A DNA stretch of 64,000 nucleotides from Eledone cirrhosa (taxonomy: Eukaryota). The DNA lies in the NCBI GenBank assembly GCA_964016885.1, contig OZ024744.1, positions 84,506,001 to 84,570,000 on the forward strand, read 5' to 3'. A program made the translations under genes and the position numbers. Shown here in pieces: positions 52,544 through 64,000 of the stretch. The first letter of the stretch is position 1; each line of letters opens with the position of its first letter. The notes under the pieces are model-generated. The model saw only the letters and a program-made list of their open reading frames with translations, did no database searches and was not told where the DNA came from.

Positions 52544-54197
52544 CACCGTGTAACAAAAAAAAATTTTCTCTGTTCCTGGCTTGCAATCACTTTTTTTGTG
52601 TTGCTTAGGTCCCAAGTAAATAAATAAAAAAAAGTGCTATTAAACAGTTAATAGTTTGGGTTTGTAAAAATTCTAAGTTATTCACTAGAATTATTTGTAT
52701 GCTGGATTTTATGTAAGTTTAATTTTCTTATGTTAAATGATTTTTTTAATATATGTTTCAGGTTAAATTAAAATTATAAAATAAAGAGTAATACCTAAAG
52801 AAAATTATAAAAGTGCAATAAAGTATAAAATTGTTAAAAAGTGGATTAAAGAGATTTATTGATACTGGATTTTCGCACCCGGAATAAAGAGTAAGTTGTG
52901 TTTTATGCATTCGTCTCCAGGATGAAGCAATGGAACTTGGTCAAGGAGGACGTGCAGGTGACAAGTCAGATAAGTCGACACGAACCTTTCTCAGGCTTTT
53001 ACACTTTTAGGGATGGCCTCTGCTTATGCCATGACGTGCCTGGACTGTTTGACGTTATTGGGGTGCCGTTTGTGCCCAAGGAGTGGCGGCTATTTATAGA
53101 CAGCTCCACCACAAGTTTGAAGGCTGCCCTCCTCCACAATGGAAACATGTTCCCGACACTTCCCCTAGCTCATTCAGTCTGCCTGACGGAAGATTACTAC
53201 AGTGTGAAAGTCCTCTTGGAAGCTCTGCAATACAACCAGTACAATTGGGAAATCATTGGAGACTTCAAGATGGTGGCTTTCCTGCTTGGACTCCAAGGAG
53301 GCTTTATCAAATTCCAATGCTTCCTCTGCCTTTGGGACAGCAGAGCCACCTCTGACCACTACAATAGAAAGAACTGGGAGCAGCGAACAGAATTTGTAGT
53401 TGGGACCCGGAACGTCATGTGGGGGCCACTGATTGATCCCAGGATTGTGCTCATGCCGCCACTCCACATTAAGTTGGGGTTGATGAAGCAGTTTGTGAAG
53501 GCTCTTAACCAAGGATCAGCCGCTTTTAAGTACCTTCTTGAGTTCTTCCCCAAGTTATCTGAGGCCAAAATCAAATGTGGAATTTTTGTTGGACCTCAGA
53601 TAAAGAAGGTGTTTGAGTCTACCGAGTTCTCCAATAAGCTCAATAGGAATGAGAGAACAGCATGGAACTGTTTCAAGGCAGTTGTTAAAGGCTTCCTTGG
53701 CAACTACAGAGCTGAAAACTACCAGCAACTGGTGCAGGATCTGATAAAGGCTTTTGGCGCCATGGGATGCAGGATGTCGCTTAAACTCCATATGCTGGAC
53801 GCTCATCTGGAAAAATTCAAGGACAATATGGGCGCCTACTCAGAAGAACGAGGCGAACGATTCCACCAAGATGTGAAAGAGATGGAGCGGAGGTACTAGA
53901 ACCGCAAATCCAGGAAATCCAGTCATTTCTGACGTGTATAAATTGCTTTATAAGTGTTATTTGTTTTTACTTGTTTTCTTTTGATAAGCTTGTGTAATAA
54001 AATAAATATATATACTCTGTTGATTTATGTATATGAACTGATAAATTTTTTTAAATATATGAAAATTTCGAAATATCAAACTCCTGACCACAAACCCAAA
54101 CTTCTGATTAAATAATAGTGTTTTTTTATAATAATGGGATATAATAAACCATGAAATGACACTTAGAACCGGGGAACAAAAAATATGTTACACGGTG
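52544..54197 (+). mobile_element. Chapaev3-like (CMC) DNA transposon, internally deleted
   Basis: TIR CACCGTGTAACA ... TGTTACACGGTG; TAA on the left flank but no matching right TSD; transposase ORF. Confidence 0.75.
52898..53899 (+). pseudogene. Transposase catalytic region, open 333 codons, N-terminus missing
   Basis: LFIDSS..SLKA.LLHNGN, GDFKM, CFLCLWDSR, PPLHIKLGLMKQFVKA, GIFVGPQI, MSLKLH.L..H, SEERGERFHQD. Confidence 0.85.
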
Positions 54198-54556
54198 GAT
54201 CAGTGGTAATGCCCTGACGTTGAATATTGAAACATATACGAAGTGTTTCTGTCTAATAAACATCCTTTTAGCATCCCTATGTATTTTTTAAAAAGCTGTG
54301 ATCATATCACTGGTAATCAGCCAAAGTTCATAAGCAAGAAACGATAAGCTTTCGGCTTATTTTGTCTTAGCAGTGAAGGAGTAAGCTTATCTGATGATGA
54401 ATAAAAAATCCAGAAACGGGGCTGTCATGGTTTTCTCCCTTTGTTGCTAACAATATATGTGATATGATCACAACTTTTTAAAACTTCATACAGAGTATTT
54501 TATCTGTTTTCTAAATCTGAAATTATTTATTCAGATTTCTGCGTTTGGATTCCAAC

Positions 54557-54659
<103 letters not shown>

Positions 54660-55022
54660 AAACTCTGTGCTTGTGTTGTTCTCTGTAATTTAATACAGCC
54701 AAAACGGCGCATAATGGGAAAATACTTTGAAAGGAAATTGCTACTGAAATGGGAATACAAATGGATTAAAATAAGTTTCGCGTAAATCGGAGCAAAGGTT
54801 CCGGGTATCTTCATAAATAGAGAGAGAAAAAGATGGAGAGAAAGAGATAGTGGTTGTGAGAGAGTAGATTTAAAGAGAGATATAGAGAGCCGGAGAGAAG
54901 GAGACAGAGAAGGAAAATGGAAGAGGGAGAGAGCTGGTGATGTTGTTGAAAGAAATTATAATACAGCATTATTGAATCCTGCTAAATTGGAAGGGTTTCT
55001 GTGTGTATATATGTGTGTGTGC

Positions 55023-55090
<68 letters not shown>

Positions 55091-55092
<2 letters not shown>

Positions 55093-55530
55093 CGATATTA
55101 AACAAATGGAAACTACATTTATAAAACCATATTTATTTCATTATATATATTTCAGGGATATCATATTAAAAATATGGTATGCCCTCTTCAGACAAAATAC
55201 AATATATAAACAGTTTTATAAATAAATTTGACATACCTTAAAAATTTTACAACTTCCATTTAAAAACAACTTTTTAAATGGAAGTTGTAAAATGTTTAAG
55301 GTATGTCAAATTTATTTATAAAACTGTTTATATATTGTATTTTGTCTGAAGATGGCATACCATATTTTTAATATGATATCCCTGAAATATATATAATGAA
55401 ATAAATATGGTTTTATAAATGTAGTTTCCATTTGTTTAATATCGTAAAATACTCCAAAACTTGTTGAGTGCTTTTATATCAGTTATAAAATATTTACTCG
55501 TTGTAACCCAACAATTTTAAATAAAACTTT

Positions 55531-55534
<4 letters not shown>
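55091..55534. mobile_element. Asymmetric foldback: 176-bp arms (55091-55266 / 55271-55446) plus 88-bp tail, in (TA)n
   Basis: Near-perfect arms, 4-bp spacer; hammerheads at 55135-55198 (-) and 55339-55402 (+). Confidence 0.9.
55339..55402 (+). ncRNA. Minimal type I hammerhead motif
   Basis: attttgt-CTGAAGA-tggcataccatatt..aatatgatatccct-GAAA-tatat-ATA-atgaaat. Confidence 0.72.
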
Positions 55535-55572
<38 letters not shown>

Positions 55573-55653
55573 TGTTGATGTTCGTTCTGATGCTATTGTT
55601 GTTGTTGTTATAGATGTTAGTGTTCGTTGAACATTGATCGTTTTAACTGAGTG

Positions 55654-55722
<69 letters not shown>

Positions 55723-56021
55723 TATAGATATATATAGATATAGATATATATATATATATACCAACACACAGCAACAACAGCATCAGAACGAACACCAACA
55801 CCAATATCTACAACAACATCAAAAGGAACAACACCAACATCTACAACAACAGCGACATCAAACGATAAAAAGCCAAACAACATCAATTGCCAACATCACC
55901 ATCACCCCCACTCGGTCAACGATCAAACCATATGAAAACAACACCAATAACGAAACGATAAATCTAAACAGCAACACACTTACAGCTTCAATTGTACCAA
56001 AAGACAACAGTTGCCACATAG

Positions 56022-56099
<78 letters not shown>

Positions 56100-57589
56100 G
56101 TTTGAATTTGTAAAGCCAAACAATGCAGGTATGGACATAGATTAAAAAATGCGTATGCAAAAGATATTGTTGACAATTAGTCTTTTACCTTAGATTTATT
56201 TAAATGTCCTTAATTTTCGATATAATATCTCTTCTTCGGAGGGAAGTAAAGCGGTTAAACAAGTGTTCTAATTAGCTTGCCAAGTCTTGCTGACAGGAAA
56301 TGGTATAGAGTATCTGTTCTATCTCTAATGTCAAAGAGTTAAGGTTAGGTGGATGAAGAGTAATCTCCCTTTAAAGGGTTTTTTTTTGTACATGTCTGTT
56401 TAAGTGTGTGGGAGAAAGCGTGAATGTGTAAGTATGTGTGTGTGTGTGAGTGTGAGAAGATATGTCTATACGTAAATGTGGGGGGTAGATGTTCTCTCGT
56501 GTTAGAACTGGTCTTTGTGTGTGTATGTGTGTGTGTGAGAGAGGATAAGTGGAGGTGTAAGCGTGTGTGTGTGTGCTTGCGTATCTGTGCGTGTGTGAGG
56601 GGGGTAAAGTTTTCCTATATATATATATATATATATAAGAAACTGTATGACCCCGACGGCAGAGTTCAAGCAGTTTCGACGGCTATTTCTGGACTAAATT
56701 ACAATTTTTAGCCTGATAAATAAATACCCAAACTTTTCAAGGGGTAATTCCTTATACGAGAAGATTGTAATTTTTTAAGAGGATTGGTCAAAAATTCTTG
56801 TAAACACAACTAAATCTATCATGGCAGTGGGTGGCAGGTGGGGGTGGCTGAACTTGCCTGTAGAATAATGAGGGAGTGGATGGAGCCGGTCAAGCGTTGA
56901 AAGTGAAATCTATACAGCAAATTCTAAGGAGTGTGTATGAAACTAGGCCAGAGGAAGTAGGCGAAAAAGGATTCTGGAGAAAATAGAGAAGGGACGTTAT
57001 TGAATAGGTAAATCAATTGAGATTAGGAGATACTAAATAAATAAGAGAAAAATATATAAGAATATAAGAAGTGATAAAAAAAAACTGTAGAGTCTAAAAC
57101 AGCTGCTATATTTAGTTGGTGTTGCGTTTTCGGACAATGCTATAGAATAGGTTAATAAGTTGAGAATGGAAGATACTAAATAAATAACAAATTTGGAAAT
57201 TATAAAATTGGGTAGTAAAAAGTAATACAAAATCTCTGGGGTCTAAAACAGCTGCTATAAATAGTTTCTATCGTGTTTTCGGCCAATGCTATCTTTAATT
57301 TACTGGGGTGGGGGTACTGAGGCTACAAAGGCCCGATGGGCTGCCTCGGGGTAGGCGAAAGGGGAAAAAGGAAGAGGAAAAAGATAGGGAATGGAAGGAA
57401 GTGATAGGAGGAGACAAAGGGAAGAAGAAAACAGAAAGGAAAAGAAAAGAAATACGTCTACTTATGTAAGCTGGGGTTTCCCCTATCTTATTCGGCAAGT
57501 GGGATGTTGCAGCCATTGTCTACCCACCAGTGTCATTAGGGGGTTTGAGGGCGAGGTAAGTCCTACGTAATCGGTATTTACATGCAGTT

Positions 57590-58848
57590 ACCATTCTGCA
57601 CGCCAGGAAGACAGTCCTACTTTTCGACAACTCCAAATGGATAAAAAGAGCTCCCCACTCCCCCTTCGACATCAGTATGTGCGCGACCGATTCGGCCGAG
57701 GTGACCGATCTTATAGGATTATTCCTACTATTTAAACTCACCGAAATGTTTCCTGCATTCGGCGGTGGATTGTACCGAGACGATGGGCTCCTTACCCTCA
57801 AAGGGTACAACCGCAGTAGTACAGACCGGGTCCGTAAACAACTAATCAACTTCTTCTGGGACTGGGGATTTAAAATCACCCTACAAACGTCCCTAACCCG
57901 AGTCAATTTCCTGGACGTTACCCTCGACCTCGAAAATGATCTGTACTACCCATACAGGAAACCAAACGACAACCTGCACTACATCCACCGCCTCTCTAAC
58001 CATCCTAGAAACATCACCAATAACCTGGTTAAAAACATGTCCCTCCGCATATCTCGTTTGTCCGCTAATGAGCAGATATTCGATGAACATGCGCCTCATT
58101 ACAACCAGGCCCTCAACCGAAGCGGCTTCCTGGAGGAAATATCCTTTTATCCAGCTCCCTTAGCGGAACCAGCAGGCAATGCCGCCGCTCACGCCACGTA
58201 ATGTGGTTCAACCCTCCTCACAATGCCGAGGTGGCAACACCTATCGGGAAAATATTCTTTAGGCTCCTCAAAAAACACTACCCACCACAACACCGCGAGT
58301 ACAACATAATTAACAAAAACACTATAAAACTCTCCTACAGCACCACACCCACCTTCGCACAAAACATCGCTTCCTCAAACAACAAAAAACTCAACCCCTA
58401 TGGAAGAAACAACCTAGACATTAGTGGAGAGGCGACCAGGAGATGTAACTGCCCTGATAGATCTACGTGCCCCCTCAACAACAGATGCCGAGAACGTAAC
58501 GTGATCTACCAATGCAACGTGAGGACGGACACCTCCAACAAAGCTTATATAGGATTAACCACTTGTGACTTTAAGACCCGGCTCTACCAACCCCGACATA
58601 CGTTCCGAAACCCGGCCCGGCGACATGCCACTACACTTTCGGGCCACATCGGGGACCTCCAAGATAATAACGTAACATACAATCTTACTTGGAGCTTACT
58701 TTCCAGGGCTAACTCTTACACGGGAGGACGCCGTCCGTGTAACTTATGCTCGGAGGAAACATAACAAACGTTGTTTACAAAGGACCAACTCCTAAACAAG
58801 AAAGACGATCTGGTAACTGAATGCAAACACCGATTGCGTAGGACTTAG
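57590..58848 (+). pseudogene. PLE RT (from motif 4) + GIY-YIG, frameshift near 58190 and stop at 58764
   Basis: DSAEVTDLIG, YRDDGL, FLDVTL, WFNPP, CNCPDRSTCPLNNRC, VIY..YIG, CNLC, LNKK..ECKH. Confidence 0.9.
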
Positions 58849-59656
58849 CTCGCCCTCAAACCCTCTAATGACACTGGTGGGTAGACAATGGCTGCAACAT
58901 CCCACTTGCCGAATAAGATAGGGGAAACCACAGCTTACATAAGTAGACGTACCTCTTTTCTTTTCCTTTCTGTTTTCTTCTTCCCTTTGTCTCCTCCTAT
59001 CACTTCCTTCCATTCCCTATCTTTTTCCTCTTCCTTTTTCCCCTTTCGCCTACCCTGAGGCAGCCCATCGGGCCTTTGTAGCCTCAGTACCCCCACCCCA
59101 GTAAATTAAAGATAGCATTGGCCGAAAACACGATAGAAACTATTTATAGCAGCTGTTTTAGACCCCAGAGATTTTGTATTACTTTTTACTACCCAATTCT
59201 ATAATTTCCAAATTTGTTATTTATTTAGTATCTTCCATTCTCAACTTATTAACCTATTCTATAGCATTGTCCGAAAACGCAACACCAACTAAATATAGCA
59301 GCTGTTTTAGACTCTACAGTTTTTTTTATCACTTCTTATATTTTTATATATTGTTTTCTTATTTATTTAGTATCTCCTAATCTCAATTGATGTACCTATT
59401 CAATAACGTCCCTTCTCTATTTTCTCCAGAATCCTTTTTCGCCTACTTCCTCTGGCCTAGTTTCATACACACTCCTTAGAATTTGCTGTATAGATTTCAC
59501 TTTCAACGCTTGACCGGCTCCACCCACTCCCTCATTGTTCTACAGGCAAGTTCAGCCACCCCCACCTGCCACCCACTGCCATGATAGATTTAGTTGTGTT
59601 TACAAGAATTTTTGACCAATCCTCTTGACAACTACAATCTTCCCGTATAAGGAATT

Positions 59657-59752
59657 ACCCCTTGAAAAGTTCGGCTATTTATTTACCAGGCTAAAAATTG
59701 TAATTTAGTCCAGAAATAGCCGTCGAAACGGCTTGAACTCTGCCGTCGGGGT
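59657..59752 (+). ncRNA. Type I hammerhead motif with U3-A8 core; mirror copy 56650-56745 (-)
   Basis: acccc-TTGAAAA-gttcggctattt...aaatagccgtc-GAAAC-ggc ttgaactct gcc-GTC-ggggt. Confidence 0.78.
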
Positions 59753-59876
59753 CATACATTTTCCTATTACCCACTCTACTATCCTAAGTATTGAGTACTC
59801 TGGTGCGTTCTGGTCCATCTGGTTCCTTACCACACCTCCTTCGTTATATGTGTGTGTGTGGGGGGGGTGCGCGCGC

Positions 59877-59975
<99 letters not shown>

Positions 59976-60029
59976 TGTGTGTGTAAGTGAGTGGCGTGTA
60001 CGCGGGGACATAGTAATAATTGAGCTGGA

Positions 60030-60770
60030 TACCCGATCGCGCGGTTAAACTACTCGTAGTGGAGGTCCTCTAGCCTTTGTTAGGGCACTCTTCTAGGAGG
60101 AGGCAACTCAGGAAACTGGGATACATAAAACCTGCGGCTCAGTAGTTACCGATGATGTTGATCTTTTCTTCTTTTCGGGTTATAGCTACTGTGGCTCAGG
60201 GAGTGGAATTGGCTCAGTGTACAGTCTTTCCTCACTTTAAAAATAATCTTCACGCACAGGCATTGCACGATTGCATTAATTAATAATTATTAATAGTGTT
60301 ATTATTATTTTTTTTTTCTTCTACTGAATTGCTGGCTGTAGCCTTAAAAAGCAACCAATTCAATGATGTTCCAAAACAGTATAACAGAGATGTTTGGCAA
60401 TAAACGCTCTGGAACCACACCAGGTGAAAGGGCCTTGGTCGTCAGGGGCCCCGGAGTATCACAGCTTTGGCCCACCCGTCATCATGCCACTGTGATAGAA
60501 CCAAACAAAACATTGAATATTGGCTGTTGGAACGTACGGACACTGCTTGACAGGGATTCCTCCGAACATCCTGAACGAAGGACCGCTCTTGTTGCAAAGG
60601 AGCTTCGTCGTTACGATCTTGACATCGTTGCTTTATGCGAGACGAGGTTAGCTGGAGATGGTCATCTTACGGAATTTTGTGGAAAATATACATTCTTTTA
60701 GAAAGGGAGAGATGAAGAGGCTGGGTTAGCATTTGCTGTTAAGACTGCTCTTGTTGATAAATTGGAAGCA
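60030..60770 (+). mobile_element. RTE-clade LINE 5' fragment (5'UTR + APE endonuclease start)
   Basis: LNIGCWNVRTLLD..RRTALVAKELRRYDLDIVALCETRL.G.G..YTFF. Confidence 0.85.
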
Positions 60771-60779
60771 TTGAAAAAT

Positions 60780-61900
60780 TCTTGATAAAGCGAACAATCT
60801 TCTGTAAGCACAAAGCAGCCACCAAATTTTCCAACTTCAAACCGCGACCAGCATAATTCGACAAGCTATTTCAGTATCTAGTCAAAACCACCAAGATTAA
60901 AATGTACTAACTTTACACCACTTCACTGTTATTAGCTGTTATTAAATCAATCTCGAGAATCCCTCAACCTTTCTTTCCTTTTCTCTCTATAGTCACATCA
61001 CCTCCATTAAGATAAAACAGTCAAACTACCCCGACCTTAATCACCCATATGTCATCACTGTCCCTTTTACTTTTTATTCTCTATTTAGCTATTTACCGTT
61101 CTCTGATTTTTATTCCCATCCTTTATGTTTCATCTTCGAATCCTTATTCGTTATTCTTTATCTCATGTTCTTTATCTTTTTCTTTTGCTTTCATATTACC
61201 CCTCTATTATTTTTATAGATTTATCACTTTTATTTCGCCAAATTTATTAACTCAATACACTATATAAATATGGCGTCGACTCACCAATCTACAAGAGACC
61301 AATATTTCACATATCATATATCGACTTTCTTTTCTGGCAGTACCGGTAGAGGGTCGGACGCCATGCTTTGCAGCACAGTTACGTCCCTTTACGGACTGAG
61401 TTCAAATCCCGCCGAGGTTAACTTTCCCTTTCATCCTTACGGGGGTCGATAAAATAAAGTACCAGTAATTCACTGGGTAATGCTGGCCTTGTGTCAAAAG
61501 TAGAAACAATTATTATACCTACTGTCATTATTATTTTACACATCTACCAACTCACCACTATAACTTCAATTACTACCATCACTACTACTATTAATAGTAA
61601 CTGTATTTTGTATTGCTCTTGTTATTGTTTTCATTTATCTTATTCTCCGATGTATCTATAAATACCAGTGCCCTGTGTTACACCCTCCAGTATTCCGATG
61701 ATTTGATCAGAAACACACACTGAATTTAAGGTCGAGTGACGCAATTTCGAGCGATCAGTGGCTCTTAGACTCACCTGATTAATGAAACAATTGTTAATAC
61801 TATAAATTAACCCTTTTAGTAAAGCCGAACATGTTATTCTTCATTCTTTCACTACTATTACTCCAAGAACCATCAGCATGGGAATTCTCTTAAACTGACT
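60780..61900 (+). mobile_element. PLE 3'-end remnant (homologue of 16570-17550) interrupted by a SINE at 61336-61510
   Basis: Blockwise similarity; begins with FCKHK-like endonuclease end; hammerhead near the 3' end. Confidence 0.65.
61689..61801 (+). ncRNA. Hammerhead motif, U4C core, long stem II
   Basis: agtatt-CCGATGA-tttgatcag...ctgattaat-GAAAC-aatt-GTT-aatact. Confidence 0.7.
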
Positions 61901-62004
61901 ACCTAACTAAGGAAATTTCTTGTTGAGTCAAACAACGCCGTACGTTAAAACTATCCAGAGTACAGAGTACTCACAACCTCTAATTGTATTACCTTAAACC
62001 TCGT

Positions 62005-62593
<589 letters not shown>

Positions 62594-63158
62594 ATATTAA
62601 GATAAGCAGAACAAGTAAAATTCAACCAATTTTTCAAAGTAAATTAAAAAATATAATATAAATATTTACCTCTTCTAATGGCCCTTACTGATCAGTTTCG
62701 CTTTGTAAAACCCCAGAAATCCGATGGATATCTGATGGAAAACCAAAGCTCATCAGAGAAGCATTTTCCTTTCCTAGGGCTAAACGACCCAGGAACGATA
62801 AAATATATGACCTCCTGCCAGCTAATACAGGTCTGAAAGGTCGTAAAAGTGACCCGTATGTAAACCGGACCGAAGTAAAAGCGGGAAACCACAGACTTGC
62901 TGTCTATAATTACTACTAAAAAAATCGGATTTCTGGGGTTTTACAAAGCGAAACTGATCAGTAAGGGCCATTAGAAGAGGTAAATATTTATATTGTATTT
63001 TTTTTATTTATTTTGAAAAATTGGTTGAACTTTACTTGTTCTGCTTATCTTAATATTAAAGTTCTGGTATATCAAATTAATACCATTGAACAACCTTGAA
63101 TCATAGACAACCTATGTATTTCTAAGGGTACCTAGTATCCTTGGACATATTAACTTCA

Positions 63159-63162
<4 letters not shown>
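62594..63162. mobile_element. Asymmetric foldback: arms 62594-62725 / 62924-63056 plus ~105-bp tail; full hammerhead at 62682-62760 (-)
   Basis: ttct-CTGATGA-gctttg...caaagc-GAAAC-tgatca-GTA-aggg; (TA)n on both flanks. Confidence 0.82.
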
Positions 63163-63201
<39 letters not shown>

Positions 63202-63663
63202 GGCGTAGATATACAATACAACAGGAGGAACATAATAGTACCACTACTGATGTTGCAGATGTGCAACGAAAGAACTTTGTTAGACTATATATATGTGTTT
63301 ATATCTGTATTTTTGACCGTTGGTCAGTTAATGATAAACATTGAGGACCAAATGAGTTAACTGTGGAGATATAAACATTTTTTAAAAAGATACAGAAGCG
63401 AAAACCAACCAAACAGTGAGTGTATTCTGTTATTATTTCTGGCAATATTATTACAACAATATGACCCTGCCCAAGTATAACAATATACATAGTCTTTCTC
63501 CCTACCTCTTTCTTTTACTGTTTCTCGACTATGCGACTTCCACGGAAATGTAGGATTTGTGTCCTCGTTTAAACAATACTTGAATTGATGCAAAGTAAGG
63601 GGGGAAATTTAGGTTTTAAAGCAATATTTGTTGAAAGAGTAGCTGAATGAGAAATGTTTCCAA

Positions 63664-63760
63664 TAGGCGAAGGCTTTACTGTGTGGTTAAGTGGTTTGCT
63701 TCACAAACACATTGTTTCGAGTTCAACCCCCGCTACGTAGCACTTTAAGCATGTGTGTGT
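63664..63760 (+). mobile_element. tRNA-derived SINE head, same family as 41400-41559
   Basis: ctgtgtggttaag A-box-like, gagttcaaccc B-box. Confidence 0.6.
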
Positions 63761-63761
63761 A

Positions 63762-63803
<42 letters not shown>

Positions 63804-64000
63804 TGTGTGTATGTGTGTGTATGTGTGTTGTGCACAGTGCCCTTGAGAGAGGGGGGGCCCAGTCGGTACTTCGTTCCGAGACTCAAGAACTAAGAAGCCC
63901 CCCTCCCCTCACAACTTTAAGCATGTGTGTGTACGTTTGTGTGTGTGTGTGTGTATGTGTGTGTATGTGTGTTGTGCACAGGGCCCTTGAGAGAGGGGGG

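Larger units (their letters stand above)
52326..54490. repeat. Diverged ~180-bp inverted repeats (52326-52500 / 54300-54490) enclosing the Chapaev-like element; MITE or foldback of unknown class
   Basis: gcttactccttcactgctcagacaaaataagc versus gcttattttgtcttagcagtgaaggagtaagc. Confidence 0.75.
56634..59846 (+). mobile_element. PLE3: 5'-truncated PLE with ~960-bp inverted arm (56634-57593 = reverse complement of ~58811-59766) and 80-bp tail
   Basis: ORF homology; mirrored ORFs 57033-57230 / 59174-59380; (TA)n on the left flank. Confidence 0.92.

Noticed and set aside
54385-54430. CTGATGA...GAAAC in the inverted repeats flanking the Chapaev-like element
   Set aside because: Boxes present in both arms, but no NUH site with closing stems I and III could be found
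63742-64000. 172-bp-period direct repeat at the window end
   Set aside because: Mostly (TG)n and truncated by the window edge; cannot be interpreted

Overview
AT-rich, microsatellite-saturated animal DNA with no recognisable host exon. The (TA)n/(CA)n density and the SINE types suggest a cephalopod (octopus-like) genome, which is an inference. Almost all structured sequence is mobile DNA. The dominant signal is a Penelope-like retroelement (PLE) system targeting (TA)n. There are four C-terminal GIY-YIG PLEs with a CxCx5Cx5C linker (Hydra-clade-like): one young, intact 813-aa copy in a 13.6-kb tandem-plus-inverted insertion, and three decayed copies. Alongside them are many non-coding partners: 490-630 bp tandem 'retrozyme-like' units and short asymmetric foldbacks. 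By eye I find about 33 type-I hammerhead ribozyme motifs from about 17 unrelated sequence families. Many have very long stem II, family-specific palindromic stem III, or variant cores (U3-A8, U4A/U4C). Insertions repeatedly show two inverted arms whose 3' ends are offset by about 65-140 bp, with a GAGYRCTC-like motif in the offset tail. Also present: a non-autonomous Helitron with a GC-rich minisatellite, a Chapaev3-like DNA transposon, RTE, Tx1/L1 and Dong/R4 LINE fragments, and tRNA-derived SINEs. All folds and alignments were done manually; boundaries are approximate and no ribozyme activity is demonstrated.
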